Part shown: piece after piece, positions 25,990 to 38,171 of the stretch
Numbering within the stretch: position 1 is the stretch's first letter
Layout: every line of letters starts with the position of its first letter
NCBI RefSeq assembly: GCF_000143415.4
Contig: NW_003314281.1
Coordinates: forward strand, 794,833 to 858,832
Length of the DNA: 64,000 nt
Reading direction: 5' to 3'
DNA from: Selaginella moellendorffii
Lineage: Eukaryota > Plantae > Lycopodiophyta
Program-made: the position numbers and the translations under genes
The notes under the pieces: generated by a model
Seen by the model: only the letters and a program-made list of their open reading frames with translations
Told to the model about the DNA's origin: nothing
Databases searched by the model: none

Positions 25990-27090
25990 GCGCGGAGGCG
26001 GGCATTTGGGCCCTTGCAGCCGCCAAGGATGCTCATCCAACCCAAATCGTGCTCATGGGTACGTTGGTTCGCCTCCATCGCGAGGCAGAAGAAGCGACGC
26101 CGGGAAAGGGATCCATTCCGACATCCTCGGAGTGATTGCTGCTGCTCCAGGGTCTGCCAACTCGCTCCCTTGCCCAAGGGGGCAAACGCAGCATATATGC
26201 ACTTCCTACCTTGCACTGTAACTTGTTTCTTTAACATCGCTGATCAACTTGTATGCCAAATGCGGCAGCTTGGTGGATGCCATGGCGGAATGCTGGAGCG
26301 CACCATCGTTTCCTGGAACGCTCTCATGCTGGCATTACTCGCATGAAATGCTAGCGCTCGAGTCCAGCTCAAGGATCCGCCAAGACGGACTGGAACCCAA
26401 TGCTTGAACTTTCGTCGCTGGATTGAAAGGCCTGTGCTAGCTTGAGCGCGATGGGTTCGAAGAAAGAAAGAGCCGACGAAGAGGAACAAGACGAGGCCCG
26501 CCATGGACAAGTTTCTTGAGAAAGGCATAGTTTTTCACTCTCAAGCTCTGGCTGCCGGGTTTCTCTCTGATATCTACGGATTGATTGATATGTAGTTTAA
26601 ATGTGGAAGCTTGCGGGATGCACAACGACATGGTTTCTTGGACATCTTCGATATGCAGCGACCCACGAGGAAGAATTGGCTTTGGAGTCTTCTTGGCTAC
26701 GGAGTTGGATGTATGCACTCCCAATGCTCGGACTTACTGCTCGCTCGATCTCCCGCTGATGTTTTCGTGCACCACGTCTAGCACATCCACGTGCTTTCAT
26801 TCTAAACCCTGCTTGGCCGAGAAAGAGAAGAAAGTCGGTGGAAGAGTTGTGAAGTCTGTCTTGCAATGGGAGATCATGATTCATTCTCAATTTCTGGATG
26901 AGCGAGTTGACATGTTCGTTGCGAGCTTGCTGGTGAATTTTTACGTCAAGTTGGCGCAAGAATGCTCCACAAGAATGGCTTTGGCAAGCTAGCACTTGGA
27001 TTGTTCCAGCAGCAGTGTCAACCAGAAGTTATGTCGCTGGCAGGATAACACAAGGTGGAGAAGCTTGATGGACACCTGGAGAGTATTTGT
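25990..27090 (+). pseudogene. Deleted, degenerate duplicate of the 5' half of the PPR at 28140
   Basis: Colinear nucleotide similarity to 28115-29510 with many indels. Confidence 0.8.
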
Positions 27091-27168
27091 GTACAATTGG
27101 GTCTTTTATCTGAGCTTTGATCCTCGGCTTGACCATGACAATTGAATTAGTTTTTATTGATTTCAATA

Positions 27169-28038
27169 CTAATCAATTTGATAGTGATGCTTTTACTAAA
27201 GCTGTTTCCCAGCCTCTTGTTCTCAAATCTCAACTTCAAATAAATCTACTTTGGGTGGAAGAGGAGCGAATTCTAGTTTTGCCTTCGGGGACATAGTTGT
27301 AAACAAAGGAGAAACGTTGAGCCTTGTTCGCTACTACACGATGAACAGCACCTTTGTAAAGTCCGTTTGTCCACACCTTTTTGGTTGTAAACCACAAAGA
27401 ATGAGTTAATCGCGATCACTTACTTGTATAAGGTCTCCAAAGTTGATAATCAGTGAATTTTCTTCTGGCACCACAAGATGCCAAGTTAACCTTAAGCTGG
27501 GAGACCATGGTGAAGATGGTAACGTCTTGATGAGGGCGAGAACTTGGCCCTGGTAGTCTGAGAAAGTTGGATAGTGAAGGAAGTTGTAATAATCTCCATT
27601 CTTGTCATAGCAATTGCGGCTTTGGGACAAAATTGCCATTACGTCCCAGTTTTTGCATTTGTTGTGACAATTCGACGGCATCTGCAAGCTACTTAAAAAC
27701 ATATAATAATCTACAAACTACCTGAAGTTTGGTGGTAGATCTGGCGACAAAGTGGATTTGTTTTCCGTAGCAATCAGAAAATGCTCCTTCCGATCTTTGA
27801 GGTCCTCCTTTAGCACCATTTTGGTGCACGAAACCAACTGAAATTGTTGGCGGTAGTAAATTTGCATTTGTATTCCAGAGGGAGCTTAAAGAAACTGTGA
27901 GCATTTTCAAGATGTGTCAAACCATGGTGAACCAATTAAAACAGAAAAAAATGCCTTACACGTTTTGTTGATTGTTTCCAACGATACTAGGCGTTTCCTA
28001 ACAATTCCTGGGTGAGACTTGTCTCCCATGCCCTCCAT
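27169..28038 (-). pseudogene. 2OG dioxygenase pseudogene, copy C
   Basis: Similar to the 31225 copy (GFVHQNGAKGGP, YYNFLHYP, ENSLIINFGDL) but with multiple frameshifts. Confidence 0.82.
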
Positions 28039-28154
28039 TTTATTACAACTGAGGTGATATTAGGGCTTTTGTATGACCAGTCAAACGCCCTATTTTTTGG
28101 TTCCAGGATGAGCTCTCGCGGAGGCGGTCATTTGGGCGCTTGTGGCCGCCAAGA

Positions 28155-30992
28155 ATGCGATGCCACATCCATCGCAAATCGCGCTGGCGAGACCTCATGG
28201 GTACGTTGGTTCGCCTCTATCGCGAGGAAGAAGAAGAAGCATCTCTGGAGGTTCTAATGGCGGCGATCAAGGCTTGCAGTAGCGGCTCAATCAGAGAGCT
28301 CAACGCCGGAAAGAGGATTCATTCCGACGTTCTCGGCGGCAGTGATGGCTGCTGCTCCAGCGTCTTCGTCGCCAACTCGTTGATCAACTTGTATGCCAAA
28401 TGCGGCGGCCTGGTGGATGCTATGGCAGTGTTTGAGGCAATGCCGGAGCGCACCATCGTCTCCTGGAACGCTCTCGTGCTGGCATTTGCGCTGAACTCGC
28501 ATGAAACGCTAGCTCTCGAGTCCATCTCAAGGATCCGGCAAGAGGGACTGAAACCCAATGCTCGAACTTTCGTGGCTGGATTGAAGGCCTGTGCCAGCTT
28601 GAGCTCGACGGGTTTGAAGAAAGAGAGAGGGGACGAAGAGGAGCAAGAAGAGGCCCGCCATGGACGAAAGGCTGTCATGATCAAGTTTCTCGAGAAAGGC
28701 ATGGTTTTTCACTCTGAAGCTCTGGCTGCCGGGTTGCTCTTGGATATCTACGTTGGAAATGCATTGATCGATATGTATTCCAAGTGTGGAAGCTTGCGGG
28801 ATGCTCGCAAGGTGTTCGACACCATGCCTGCTCGAGACGTGGTTTCTTGGACGTCTTTGATATGCGGTTACGCTGAGAACCGCGAGGAAGAACTGGCTTT
28901 GGGACTCTTCTCGACTATGGAGTTGGATGCATGCGTTCCGAATGCTCGGACTTACGTTGCTGCTCTCGTGGCCTGCACGAGCTTGGCCGAGAAAGAGAAG
29001 AAAGTCGACAGAAGAGTTGCTGTCCTGCAAAGAGGGATGGCGATTCACTCTCGAGCCCTGGACGATGGCTGCGCGTCGGACATGTTCTTGGCGAGCTCGC
29101 TAGTGAATTTATACATCAAGTGTGGAGACCTGGCGGAAGCTCGCAAAGTTTTCGATCGAATGCTCCAGAGGGACGTGGTGACTTGGACGTGTTTGATCCT
29201 GGGATACGCTGAGAATGGTTTTGGCGAGCTAGCACTTGGATTGTTCCAGCAAATGATGGAGTGTCAGCAGTGTCAACCAAATGCCAGAACTTATGTCGCT
29301 GCGCTCGTCGCTTGCTCGAGCTTGGCAGCGAAAGAAATTGGACAGCAAATCGATGGAAAGCTCGTAAAGGTGGAGAGCTTGAGGAAGGGAATGGCTCTTC
29401 ACTTGGAGATCTTGAAGAGGAGCTACGAGTCGGAGACTTTCGTGGCAAACACACTGGTCGACATGTACTCCAAGTGTGGAAGCTTGATGGACGCCAGGAG
29501 AGTCTTTGACAGGATGCTGGATCACGACGCTGTGTCCTGGAGCACTATGATCCTCGGCTATGCCGGCAACGACCAGGACGAGACCGCCATCGAACTCTTC
29601 GAGCAAATTCGATGCGAAGGATGCGTTCCCAGTGCTCGGACCTTCAGCTCGGTGCTAGTGGCGGCCTCCAACTTGGCCGCTTCGACGCAAAGCAATGCTA
29701 CTCGCGCTTGGTGCCTGGAACTCGGGACGAGGATCCACGCTCTGGCAGCTCAAAGCTACTGTGACTCGGACACATTCGTTGCCAACACTTTGATCGATCT
29801 CTACGTCAAGTGTGGGAGCCTGGAGAGCGCTCGGGCTGTCTTTGATCGGATGCTGGATGGTCGCGACGCTGTATCGTGGAACACGATAATCCTCGGCTAT
29901 GCCGATAACGGACAAGACGAGCTCGCTCTCGAGCTCTTCTCGAGCATGATCCAGCGCCAGCACTGCGAGCCGACTGCTCGGACTTTCGTGGCTGCGTTGC
30001 AAGCCTGTGCTGGTTTGGCGGTGAGAGAAGAATCACAGCGATCCGGGGATGGATCCCAGCTCGTGAAAGCGCGCTGCTTGGAGAAGGTGATGGAGATCCA
30101 CGTGCAAGCCCTTGTGTCCGAATCTTGGGATGTTTTCGTGGAGAGTGCCATGATCAACGCTTACGGGAAGTGTGGCAGCGTTTTGGACGCTCGCAAAGTG
30201 TTTGATATGATGGAGTTTCACGACGTTGTCTCGTGGACGGCTCTCATCCTCAGCTACGTGGAAAACGGCGAGAGTGTCCTCGGCCTGGAGATCTTCTCTT
30301 GGATGAAGCACAACTCCATGGTAGCTCCAAACGCTCGGACTTTCGCGGCGGCGCTCATGGCCGGTGGAAACTTAGCTTGCCTCGAGACTGGCAGGAGCAT
30401 CCACGCCGAGATTTGCCGCGGGGCGATCGAGACGGACTTGCTGGTGGCGAGCTGCCTGGTGGACCTGTACGGGAAGTGTGGATCCTCCGGAAACGCCGAG
30501 CGGGTCTTCGAGTCGATCGAGACGGGGTCGGACCCCGTGATTTGGAGCGCCCTCGTCTCCGTGCACTCGGTCCAAGGCAACACCACTCGGGCTCTTGAGG
30601 TTTTCCACGCCATGATACGTGAAGGCGTCCATGCAAACGGCGTCACCTTTCTCTCGCTGCTGGCGGCGTGCAGCCGGGCGGGCATGGTGGACGCCGGGAA
30701 GAGATGGTTCCGGGCGATGATCCAAGTGTACGGGGTGGTGCCCGGGATCGAGCACCATCACTGCCTCGTCGACATGCTGGGTCGCGCGAATCGTCTCGAG
30801 GAGGCACTCAGGCTTGTGGAGACGATGCCGTACGATCCCAGCGTTGTGACTTGGACGACGTTGCTGGCGGCGTGTGAGAAGTGGAACAATGTGGTGATTG
30901 GGAGGATTGCGTATGCTGCGTTGCTCAAGCTGGATGTTACACAAACATCCACTTACTCGCTCATGGCAAAGCTAGAAGCATCAGCCAGCTAA
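28155..30992 (+). CDS. Intronless PLS/E-class PPR protein, about 945 aa
   Basis: Long ORF of P-L-S repeats ending in HHHCLVDMLGRANRLEEA...WTTLLAAC; first in-frame ATG at 28155. Confidence 0.92.
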   Translation: MRCHIHRKSRWRDLMGTLVRLYREEEEEASLEVLMAAIKACSSGSIRELNAGKRIHSDVLGGSDGCCSSVFVANSLINLYAKCGGLVDAMAVFEAMPERTIVSWNALVLAFALNSHETLALESISRIRQEGLKPNARTFVAGLKACASLSSTGLKKERGDEEEQEEARHGRKAVMIKFLEKGMVFHSEALAAGLLLDIYVGNALIDMYSKCGSLRDARKVFDTMPARDVVSWTSLICGYAENREEELALGLFSTMELDACVPNARTYVAALVACTSLAEKEKKVDRRVAVLQRGMAIHSRALDDGCASDMFLASSLVNLYIKCGDLAEARKVFDRMLQRDVVTWTCLILGYAENGFGELALGLFQQMMECQQCQPNARTYVAALVACSSLAAKEIGQQIDGKLVKVESLRKGMALHLEILKRSYESETFVANTLVDMYSKCGSLMDARRVFDRMLDHDAVSWSTMILGYAGNDQDETAIELFEQIRCEGCVPSARTFSSVLVAASNLAASTQSNATRAWCLELGTRIHALAAQSYCDSDTFVANTLIDLYVKCGSLESARAVFDRMLDGRDAVSWNTIILGYADNGQDELALELFSSMIQRQHCEPTARTFVAALQACAGLAVREESQRSGDGSQLVKARCLEKVMEIHVQALVSESWDVFVESAMINAYGKCGSVLDARKVFDMMEFHDVVSWTALILSYVENGESVLGLEIFSWMKHNSMVAPNARTFAAALMAGGNLACLETGRSIHAEICRGAIETDLLVASCLVDLYGKCGSSGNAERVFESIETGSDPVIWSALVSVHSVQGNTTRALEVFHAMIREGVHANGVTFLSLLAACSRAGMVDAGKRWFRAMIQVYGVVPGIEHHHCLVDMLGRANRLEEALRLVETMPYDPSVVTWTTLLAACEKWNNVVIGRIAYAALLKLDVTQTSTYSLMAKLEASAS

Positions 30993-31224
30993 TGTTTGAT
31001 CATTTACCTGGATAATATGTTGCGTTCGAACACATAAAGTTTGTACACTTGTCGTGTTTCATACCACGAATCTTTAGGAAGAAGGATTTATAATATATAT
31101 ACCTTTCTGAAGTCGTCTTCAGCCAGCATGTTTCCCGTCGTGTTTCATGGCAAGAATCTTTAGCCGAGAACAAAGAATTGGTACTTAAGAAGCTCCACCC
31201 CAATACATTCTCAGTTGTAATCAA

Positions 31225-32259
31225 ATGGAGGGCATTCCAGTGGTGGACTTTGCATTATTTATGGAAGACCCAGGAGAAGCTAGGAAACGCCTAGAATCGT
31301 TGGAAACGATCAGCAATGCGTGTAAGGAATTTGGTCTGTTTCAACTGGTTAACCATGGTTTGGATTCTCACATCTTGAGCAAGGCACTCCAAAATGCTCA
31401 CAGCTTCTTTGAGCTCCCTCTTGAATACAAATGCAAATTTACTACCGCCGACAATTCAGTTGGTTTCGTGCACCAAAGTGGTGCTAAAGGAGGACCTCTA
31501 GATCGAAAGGAGCATTTCATGATTGCTGCAGAAGATAAGTCCACCTTGTGGCCAGATTTAGTACCGAGCTTCAGGTACTTTCACAAAAGTTTAGAGATTC
31601 TTAAATAGCTTGCTAGTGAATCACAGGCCAGATGCCGTGGAATTGTCAAAACAAATGCAAAACCTGGGCCACAACTTGATGACCATTTTGTCCCAAAGCT
31701 TGGGAGCTCCTGGCGACACTCTCCACAAGTGCTATGACAAGAATGCAGATTACTACAATTTTCTCCACTATCCAGCTTGCTCCGACTATCAGGGCCAAGT
31801 TCTCGCCCCTCATCAAGATGGTACCATCTTCACCGTGGTGTCCCAGCTTAATCGTGTTCCTGGTTACCAGGTCCTCAAAGATGGCACTTGGCACCTTGTA
31901 GTGCCAGAAGAAAATTCACTGATTATAAACCTTGGAGACATCTTGCAAGTAAGTGATCAGGAGGTATTGGTTTAAATATTTTTCTCACATTGTTTTCAAC
32001 CCAAAAGGTGTGGACAAACGGACTTTATAAAGCTGCCGTTCATCGTGTAGTAGCGAACAAGGCTCAGCGTTTCTCATTTGTATACAGCTATCTCCCCGAA
32101 GGCAAAACTAGAATCGCTCCTATTCCAGAATTTGAGAGTGGTCACCCAAAGTACAAAAGCTTTATGCAGGAAGATTATTTGAAGTTGAGATTTGAGAATA
32201 AGAGGCTGGAAAACAACTGTAGTAAAAATATCACCATCGACTACTATGCTATTGATTAG
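31225..32259 (+). CDS. Intact 2-oxoglutarate/Fe(II) dioxygenase (DOXC-type), 307 aa; exons 31225-31574, 31627-31948, 32008-32259
   Basis: GT-AG introns give a continuous frame with HQD...H (AVHRVV) and the RxS motif (QRFSF). Confidence 0.92.
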
Positions 32260-32374
32260 TCCATAAAAGTCAAGGCCTGGGCCAGGAGGTTGGCTGATAA
32301 TGTACATCAAGTTCCATATCAAAAGGAAGTCTCAATAAATTCTCGTTTACCATTATAATTAGTCAAGATCTTTT

Positions 32375-33405
32375 GTTGCTTAGCGATGGCTACTAGGTTC
32401 TCTGCGCAACCAAAAGAGCAAATCCTGGAAAATCAAAGCAAGGTTAATACAGAAGAAGAAAAAAATGAAACATTTACCAGCACCACCGTGACCATAGTTA
32501 TGGACTATAGCCGAAGGATTGCCATCTTTCAGCCTTGTCTCTCTTCCAAGCCTGATGTTTTCTATGCGAGCCGGCCTCAGTCCTGAGAGAGTAGTCGGAC
32601 ATGTCGGTGTTCCTCAAAGGTGGATAGAAGCTCAAACTCCGGCCAAACATGTTCTTCACTGGTTCATAATCCTGCAAAGATTTCTAGCTAAAAAACGATC
32701 AAGCAAACAAGTACCACTGATACCTTTTCAATGTTATTGACTTCGCTCTCCTCGGCTATTCCTCCCACAACCAGCGTTTTCTCGTTCCTGGGATAAAAAC
32801 CATGTCTTCAGCGGCCTCTCGCCTAAGCACTGATTCAAAACTGGGAACCTGGTTCCGTCGTTGGCAATGGTAAGAAGATCTCCCCTGAGGGGATACACGA
32901 GCTCGTCCTTGGCAAGATCCCCCCTAGCCAAGCCTGTGCAATTCACAATAGCATCGACCTTGTAAGTCTTGCGAAGAGCGTCCTCCACTTCGAGCAAATC
33001 CTGGTCAAGACTTCCATAGCTTGTGTCAAGGCTGCACATTGGGTGCTCGGAGAGAAAGCTCGTCAGCTGGAACATAAACTCGTCCGTGTCGATAACTGGC
33101 GCTAGGTGCTGGTAAGCGTCCACGACTCCATAGCTTTGTCTGATGCCAAGAGTTTATATAAGAGAAGAGATTTCTTACACTTTCTTGGCATGATATTATA
33201 GAATGTCGGCACAAAGATGGGACCTCGCTTGCCTAAAAAAAGTGGTGCATGGTTTCCTATGCGAGGCTCAAGGAGCTCGCCACCCTCGCATTCTCACACC
33301 AAAGTTTTGGTCGAATGTCCAACTTCTTTATGAATCGAGTGGAGAACTGAGCTCCAGCTTAAAGTATATGGCTTCCGCCACGACTCCAAGATCATCCAAG
33401 AGCAT
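32375..33405 (-). pseudogene. DAO-family FAD oxidoreductase pseudogene, copy 2, with an internal micro-inversion
   Basis: Minus strand reads DAYQHLAPVIDTDEFM...DAIVNCTGLA...VYPLRGDLL.IANDGTRFP; the 5' part (33200-33404) lies on the plus strand. Confidence 0.75.
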
Positions 33406-34089
33406 TTAGAAATGTTATAATGGTGTAAGTAATTACAAAAAGAGAGAAAAAGCATCAAAATTATACAGCTCATGAAACTTTTTGTAAGTTTTTTTCCTCA
33501 TCCTTTTTATACAGAGGCTTTGCTTTGCTTAGACAAATAGTCTAATGGAGCAAGATTTATGCCATCTTTAGTTAGCATGCTACAATGTAATTTCCTAAGC
33601 AGTAAATGAAAGTGTTTTACAATTTGTTTGAAAAAGTTATAATTAGGAAATATTAAAAGTGATATTTCAACTTACATGTTTAATTCTTTATTAACAAATT
33701 CCATGACTTCATCCACAGTTTTACTTTTTATCCAATCAGTTGCTACAAGAAAAAAAAAAAGGTTAATAGAAACATATAATTGTAAATTTACCATAGGAAA
33801 ATGATGCAATAGTAGATTTACAACTAAAAATCTTAAAGCATTCCTCATAAATTTAGAGTTTCATAACATCTCCAAAAACAGAAGTTCTAATTAGGGTTAA
33901 TCCCACATCTATGTGGGGTTATTGCTATAACCTATTGAGTAATATTGAGCTACCTGTAATCTATCAAAAAAGGCTAGGTCAACTCCAAAACCTTTTCAAA
34001 AAAGTGTTCTTGTTTAGCGATTCTACAAACTTAAGGATCCCAGGAGCATATGCAATCCAGGAGATAACAACTTTCCAAACGTTTCTCGT

Positions 34090-36362
34090 TTAGATCTCCA
34101 TGTCGCTTCTGGTTTTCTGCTTGGACTTGCTCTGATTCTTCTGCTGTTTCTTCTTGAGGGGAGCACTGTCAACGTAGTCCACGTCGAAATCGTAAGTCCC
34201 CTCCATCGCCGCAGCCTCTTTCGTCGACTTTTTCCGTCGCCTCTTCTCTGCCTTGGCCAGACGAGGATTGAAAATGCCTTCCTCGTCATACAGCTTCTCA
34301 GTCTGCACGCCTTGTTTCTCTTTTCTCGCCGGGAGCTCAGCTGTATCCATCGCTTGGGACTCCGCAACTCCATCACCTTCTTCATTAATCTTCTCATCTT
34401 CGTCGTCGGAGTTCTACAAAGAAGGATGTGGCTCAATCCAAAGGAATCCCGAGGAAAAAAATGACTTTCTTACCTCCATCATTGTAACGTCCATAGACAT
34501 TGGAGCGCCTGCTGGAAGTTCCGTATGATCCGCATCGCTTAAACATGGAAGACCCGCAATGACAGTGGACTGTTCTCTTTTGAAAACCTCGTCCACGTTA
34601 AACTCCTTTCCCCAGCTCGTCACGATGGCTGACTCGGAAGGCCCTGCTGGTTCTCTCACGGGAGGCACAGTGTAATGCGAGATTTTCCCTGCAAAGCAAG
34701 AACAGGTATTTTCCCCTGTCAGCACTCTTGCGAAAGAAGCCCTTCTCTCTCTCCCTCTCGATCGTTGCTTACCTTCATTCCAGTCGTGAAGAACTATCCG
34801 GGCAGCTGTCTCAGTGTCCACAACACCACCCTTCTTAAACTTGCCACGAATCGTGGCCACGAGCTGCAAAAACTCGTCCACCGTGCTGAACGAAGGTATT
34901 TTGTAGAAGCTCATCAGTTTCTCATGACCACACTTGCTCACTATCTCCTTTACTGTAGAGGCAAGCGGAAAGAAATAACTCAGGAACATTACAAAAACGC
35001 AGTCAAGAACATGACTTACCCGGTGCCACAGGGTCTGCAAGCTTCTCGATTCTCGTACAGTTTCGCAAGTCCATGAGAGGTTTGGAGTCAGTTGCGCTTG
35101 CTAAGACAACTCCGGGGCAGTCGAGTAGCTTGACATGCTTGTCTAGCTGCACTTCTTGCATCGTCCTTGTCAATCCAGGCGTTCCTCCGGCACTTACTGC
35201 CCGTGATCTCTTTAAGCTGTTGATGAGGCTGCTCTTCCCAACGTTTGGCAAGCCAACGATCCCAACTGTGATGGCTCTTTTTAGCTGGCGTACGAAGAAC
35301 AAAGGTCAGAAGGAAGAAGAGCCAAATAAATAGCTAACCTCGTCGCTTCTGGAATAGTTTTTCAAGAGTTGTAAGAGCGTATCGGCTCCCAGGCAGTCAC
35401 TACTTGTCTCCAGAATGACTTTCGACTTCGACTTCTTGCGACTTAGATTGCTTCTTTGCATTTGCGTGTTGCACTTGAAAGCCACCGTCGGCAGCTCTTC
35501 TCTCAAGTACTTGAGCCACTTCTCAGCAATCTCTTTTGGAACCAAATCTGCCGGGAAGACAAAAGATCACAAACAGCGATAAACACACTCGTTTTTACGA
35601 ACCTATCTTGTTGAGCAGGAGAACTAGACGCTTGGATGTTTGCGACTTGAAAACCAGGCGTTCCATGTCAGGGCAACGTGTTCCCAGAGGATCCCGAGCG
35701 TCGAGAACCTCGATGATAACATCAGACGCCTCGATCACCTTCAAGAGTTCCTTGTAAAAAGCTCTCTTGGATCCATCTGCGCTCAAAGTTCCTCTTTAAG
35801 CCAAGCTAGCTAGCAAGAATCAGCTCCACAAAAAATACCTTGAGAAGAAGAACTAGAAGTTTTATTCCGCGAGGCTCTCTCAAACTGCGCTGTCCTAGTT
35901 TCGGTATCGCGTACAAGATCATCGAGCTCATTTTTTTCGGGAACACCACGCTTCCGAAGTTCTGCCTGAAAAAGAAGAAGACATTCACGCACCGAATGAA
36001 TCCACAGAACGAGAAAAGAAAGAAACTTACTCGCTCTTTGGCACGTAATTTCTTAGCTAGTTTCTTCTCTTCTAGCTCCTTCAGAACTCTGGCACGCCTC
36101 TCCTCGAGCGCCTTGAGCTCTTGCTCCTTGAAAGGCCACGCATTTGGAATCCCTGGATCCTTCTCGACCTTGGGCTTCTTCTTCCCGATTTGCTTCTTCG
36201 CTTCCTTGGCCTTCTTCTTGTGGTGCTCCTTCACCTTCTTGATAATCTTGTACTTCTTGCGCAATGGGACGCGCTTGCTCTTGCTCTCTGGAGAAAGAAA
36301 AAGCGATTAGATCACAGACCTCGGCTCTAGCTACGACACATACTCTTGCTCTTCTTCACCAT
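34090..36362 (-). CDS. NSN1: Nucleostemin-like circularly permuted GTPase (NSN1/GNL3), multi-exon
   Basis: MVKKSK..SKRVPLRKKYK..KDPGIPN.WPFKEQ; VLDARDPLGTRC; GLPNVGKSSLINSL; LLDCPG. Confidence 0.93.
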
Positions 36363-36377
36363 GGCGACCCGAAAAAC

Positions 36378-36399
36378 CAAAACCCTAGAAAAGCCCTAA
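36378..36399 (+). promoter_or_regulatory. Telo-box-like motifs upstream of NSN1
   Basis: AAAACCCTAG and AAGCCCTAA lie just upstream of the ATG of a ribosome-biogenesis gene. Confidence 0.5.
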
Positions 36400-37511
36400 T
36401 TCTCCGCGACGGGTTCGATTCCCAGCACCAACCAACCAAAGAGAGAATATCTGCTGACGCCACCGAGCAAATCAAAGGATTTGACTTGAAACAGAAACAA
36501 CAGACTGTGGCAAATCGTTGATAGCAATAAAATGGGTGTGAGTTTTTGTCGTCACCAAATCTCCATTACATATCAGTTGATCACTAGGTTTTTGAGTGAA
36601 AATAGAAAAAGGTGGCATAGTTTTTTCTTATCCTAATTGTAATGATTGATTGTCTTGGCCCACATTTCACATGCGGGTCCTTCTCAATCAAAGCCCATTT
36701 ACTTATTAGTAGAGCAATGTTTCGTATAGTTTGGATTTGCATGCTTTTCTGCAGGCCCACAAAGATCAAATGGCTAAAATTCCCCTGCTCATCGCATAGG
36801 ATAAAAGAACTAATCACTAGAATTCATGTAAGGAATCTCGGCCTCCTCCCAAACAAACAAAAGAGCCTCTCGACATCATGCAAGGAACACATGGCCCATT
36901 TTCTTCTGATTTCCTGAAACTGGCGACCAATTAAAAAATTCGGGAGAAAATTAAAAACAGAGAAACACCCACAAATAAAAATAAACGATACAAATAACAG
37001 TAATTTAAAAATATTTAAATTATTGCTTACAAAAGGCCTTTTTTCTCTGTGGATGCATTCATGTTGTAAATTGCCACTCGCCACTCACAACGCAACAGCG
37101 CGATCCATAGTCAGTTATTTCCTCCAGCTTTTGGAGCTGCCGTACAGCACAGGGTCTCTGTCCGTACTTGTCAGTGAAGCTCAAGAAAGAGATTGTTTTA
37201 TACAAATCACAAACTACTTCTTCGGTCTCACACGCAAATGGGAGAAGCAGCGATGAAAAGCTTTTCCACAAAGCCATAAAAGTTCTAGCAAGTTACCTCC
37301 ACATAATATGTACACTTAGAAGAAGACTAGGCCAGGCCAAATCACAGATTCGATCGATCGAAAGGACCCAGAAAGGAAAAAAAACGAAAGACCAAGAGAG
37401 GAACTTCCAAGGAACCCACAAACCTTTGACACGCGATGTCTCCAAATCGATCTATCACATGAACCATTGCTATCCTCAGTCAAAAGAGAAATGGACGTGT
37501 GTGTGTGTTCT

Positions 37512-38171
37512 TCACAGGAAGCCCGTTTGCTTGAGAACAGCATTGCGAACTCTGCTCAAATCCCTCCCCTTGAGAGTGTGACCCGCGCCGTCGCAAACCG
37601 AGAAGGCCACGCTATGGCTGCGCGCGTAATCCCGCGCCACGACCTCGTGCGGTGGCAGCCGCCGCGGAAGATGATCCTCCCGCGACCACTCGTCCTCCGA
37701 GTCGTCGGATCCGTCGTCCTCGCGGAAAACGCTCTGCCGGGCCGCAGATTTGGTGGCGCTGCTTCCCAAGATCTTGGACCAGTCGGGGACGTTCATGGGC
37801 GCCGATTGCTGGCGGAGCAGCGACTTCCCGGAGCTCCGCCCGTGGAATTCGGTGGCGGAGACGATGTTCTGCGGGGTGGCTTTGCTGCTCAGCGACGACG
37901 CCAATCCATAGCCTCCTCGATGATAGTTCTCCTCCAGATCTTCGCGATGATCCTCCTGGTGGTGGTGGAGATCGAGATCGCTGAGATGGTTCTCCATGGC
38001 GGCCCAGATGTCGTGCTCCTCCAGCTCGCTCAAATCCACCTCCGCGCCGGCATTGGCCTCGGCATCGCAGCCCAGGAACATCTTCTCCCGCGAGGACAGC
38101 ATCTTCTTCTTGTGGTCGCGCAGCATGTAGCTCAGATTCGAGTGCTTGAGCGATGACTCCGTCTTGGCCAT
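37512..38171 (-). CDS. S40-like senescence regulator (DUF584)
   Basis: QSAPMNVPDWSK, LPPHE and SVCDGAGHTLKGRDLSRVRNAVLKQTGFL. Confidence 0.92.
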   Translation of the reverse strand: MAKTESSLKHSNLSYMLRDHKKKMLSSREKMFLGCDAEANAGAEVDLSELEEHDIWAAMENHLSDLDLHHHQEDHREDLEENYHRGGYGLASSLSSKATPQNIVSATEFHGRSSGKSLLRQQSAPMNVPDWSKILGSSATKSAARQSVFREDDGSDDSEDEWSREDHLPRRLPPHEVVARDYARSHSVAFSVCDGAGHTLKGRDLSRVRNAVLKQTGFL

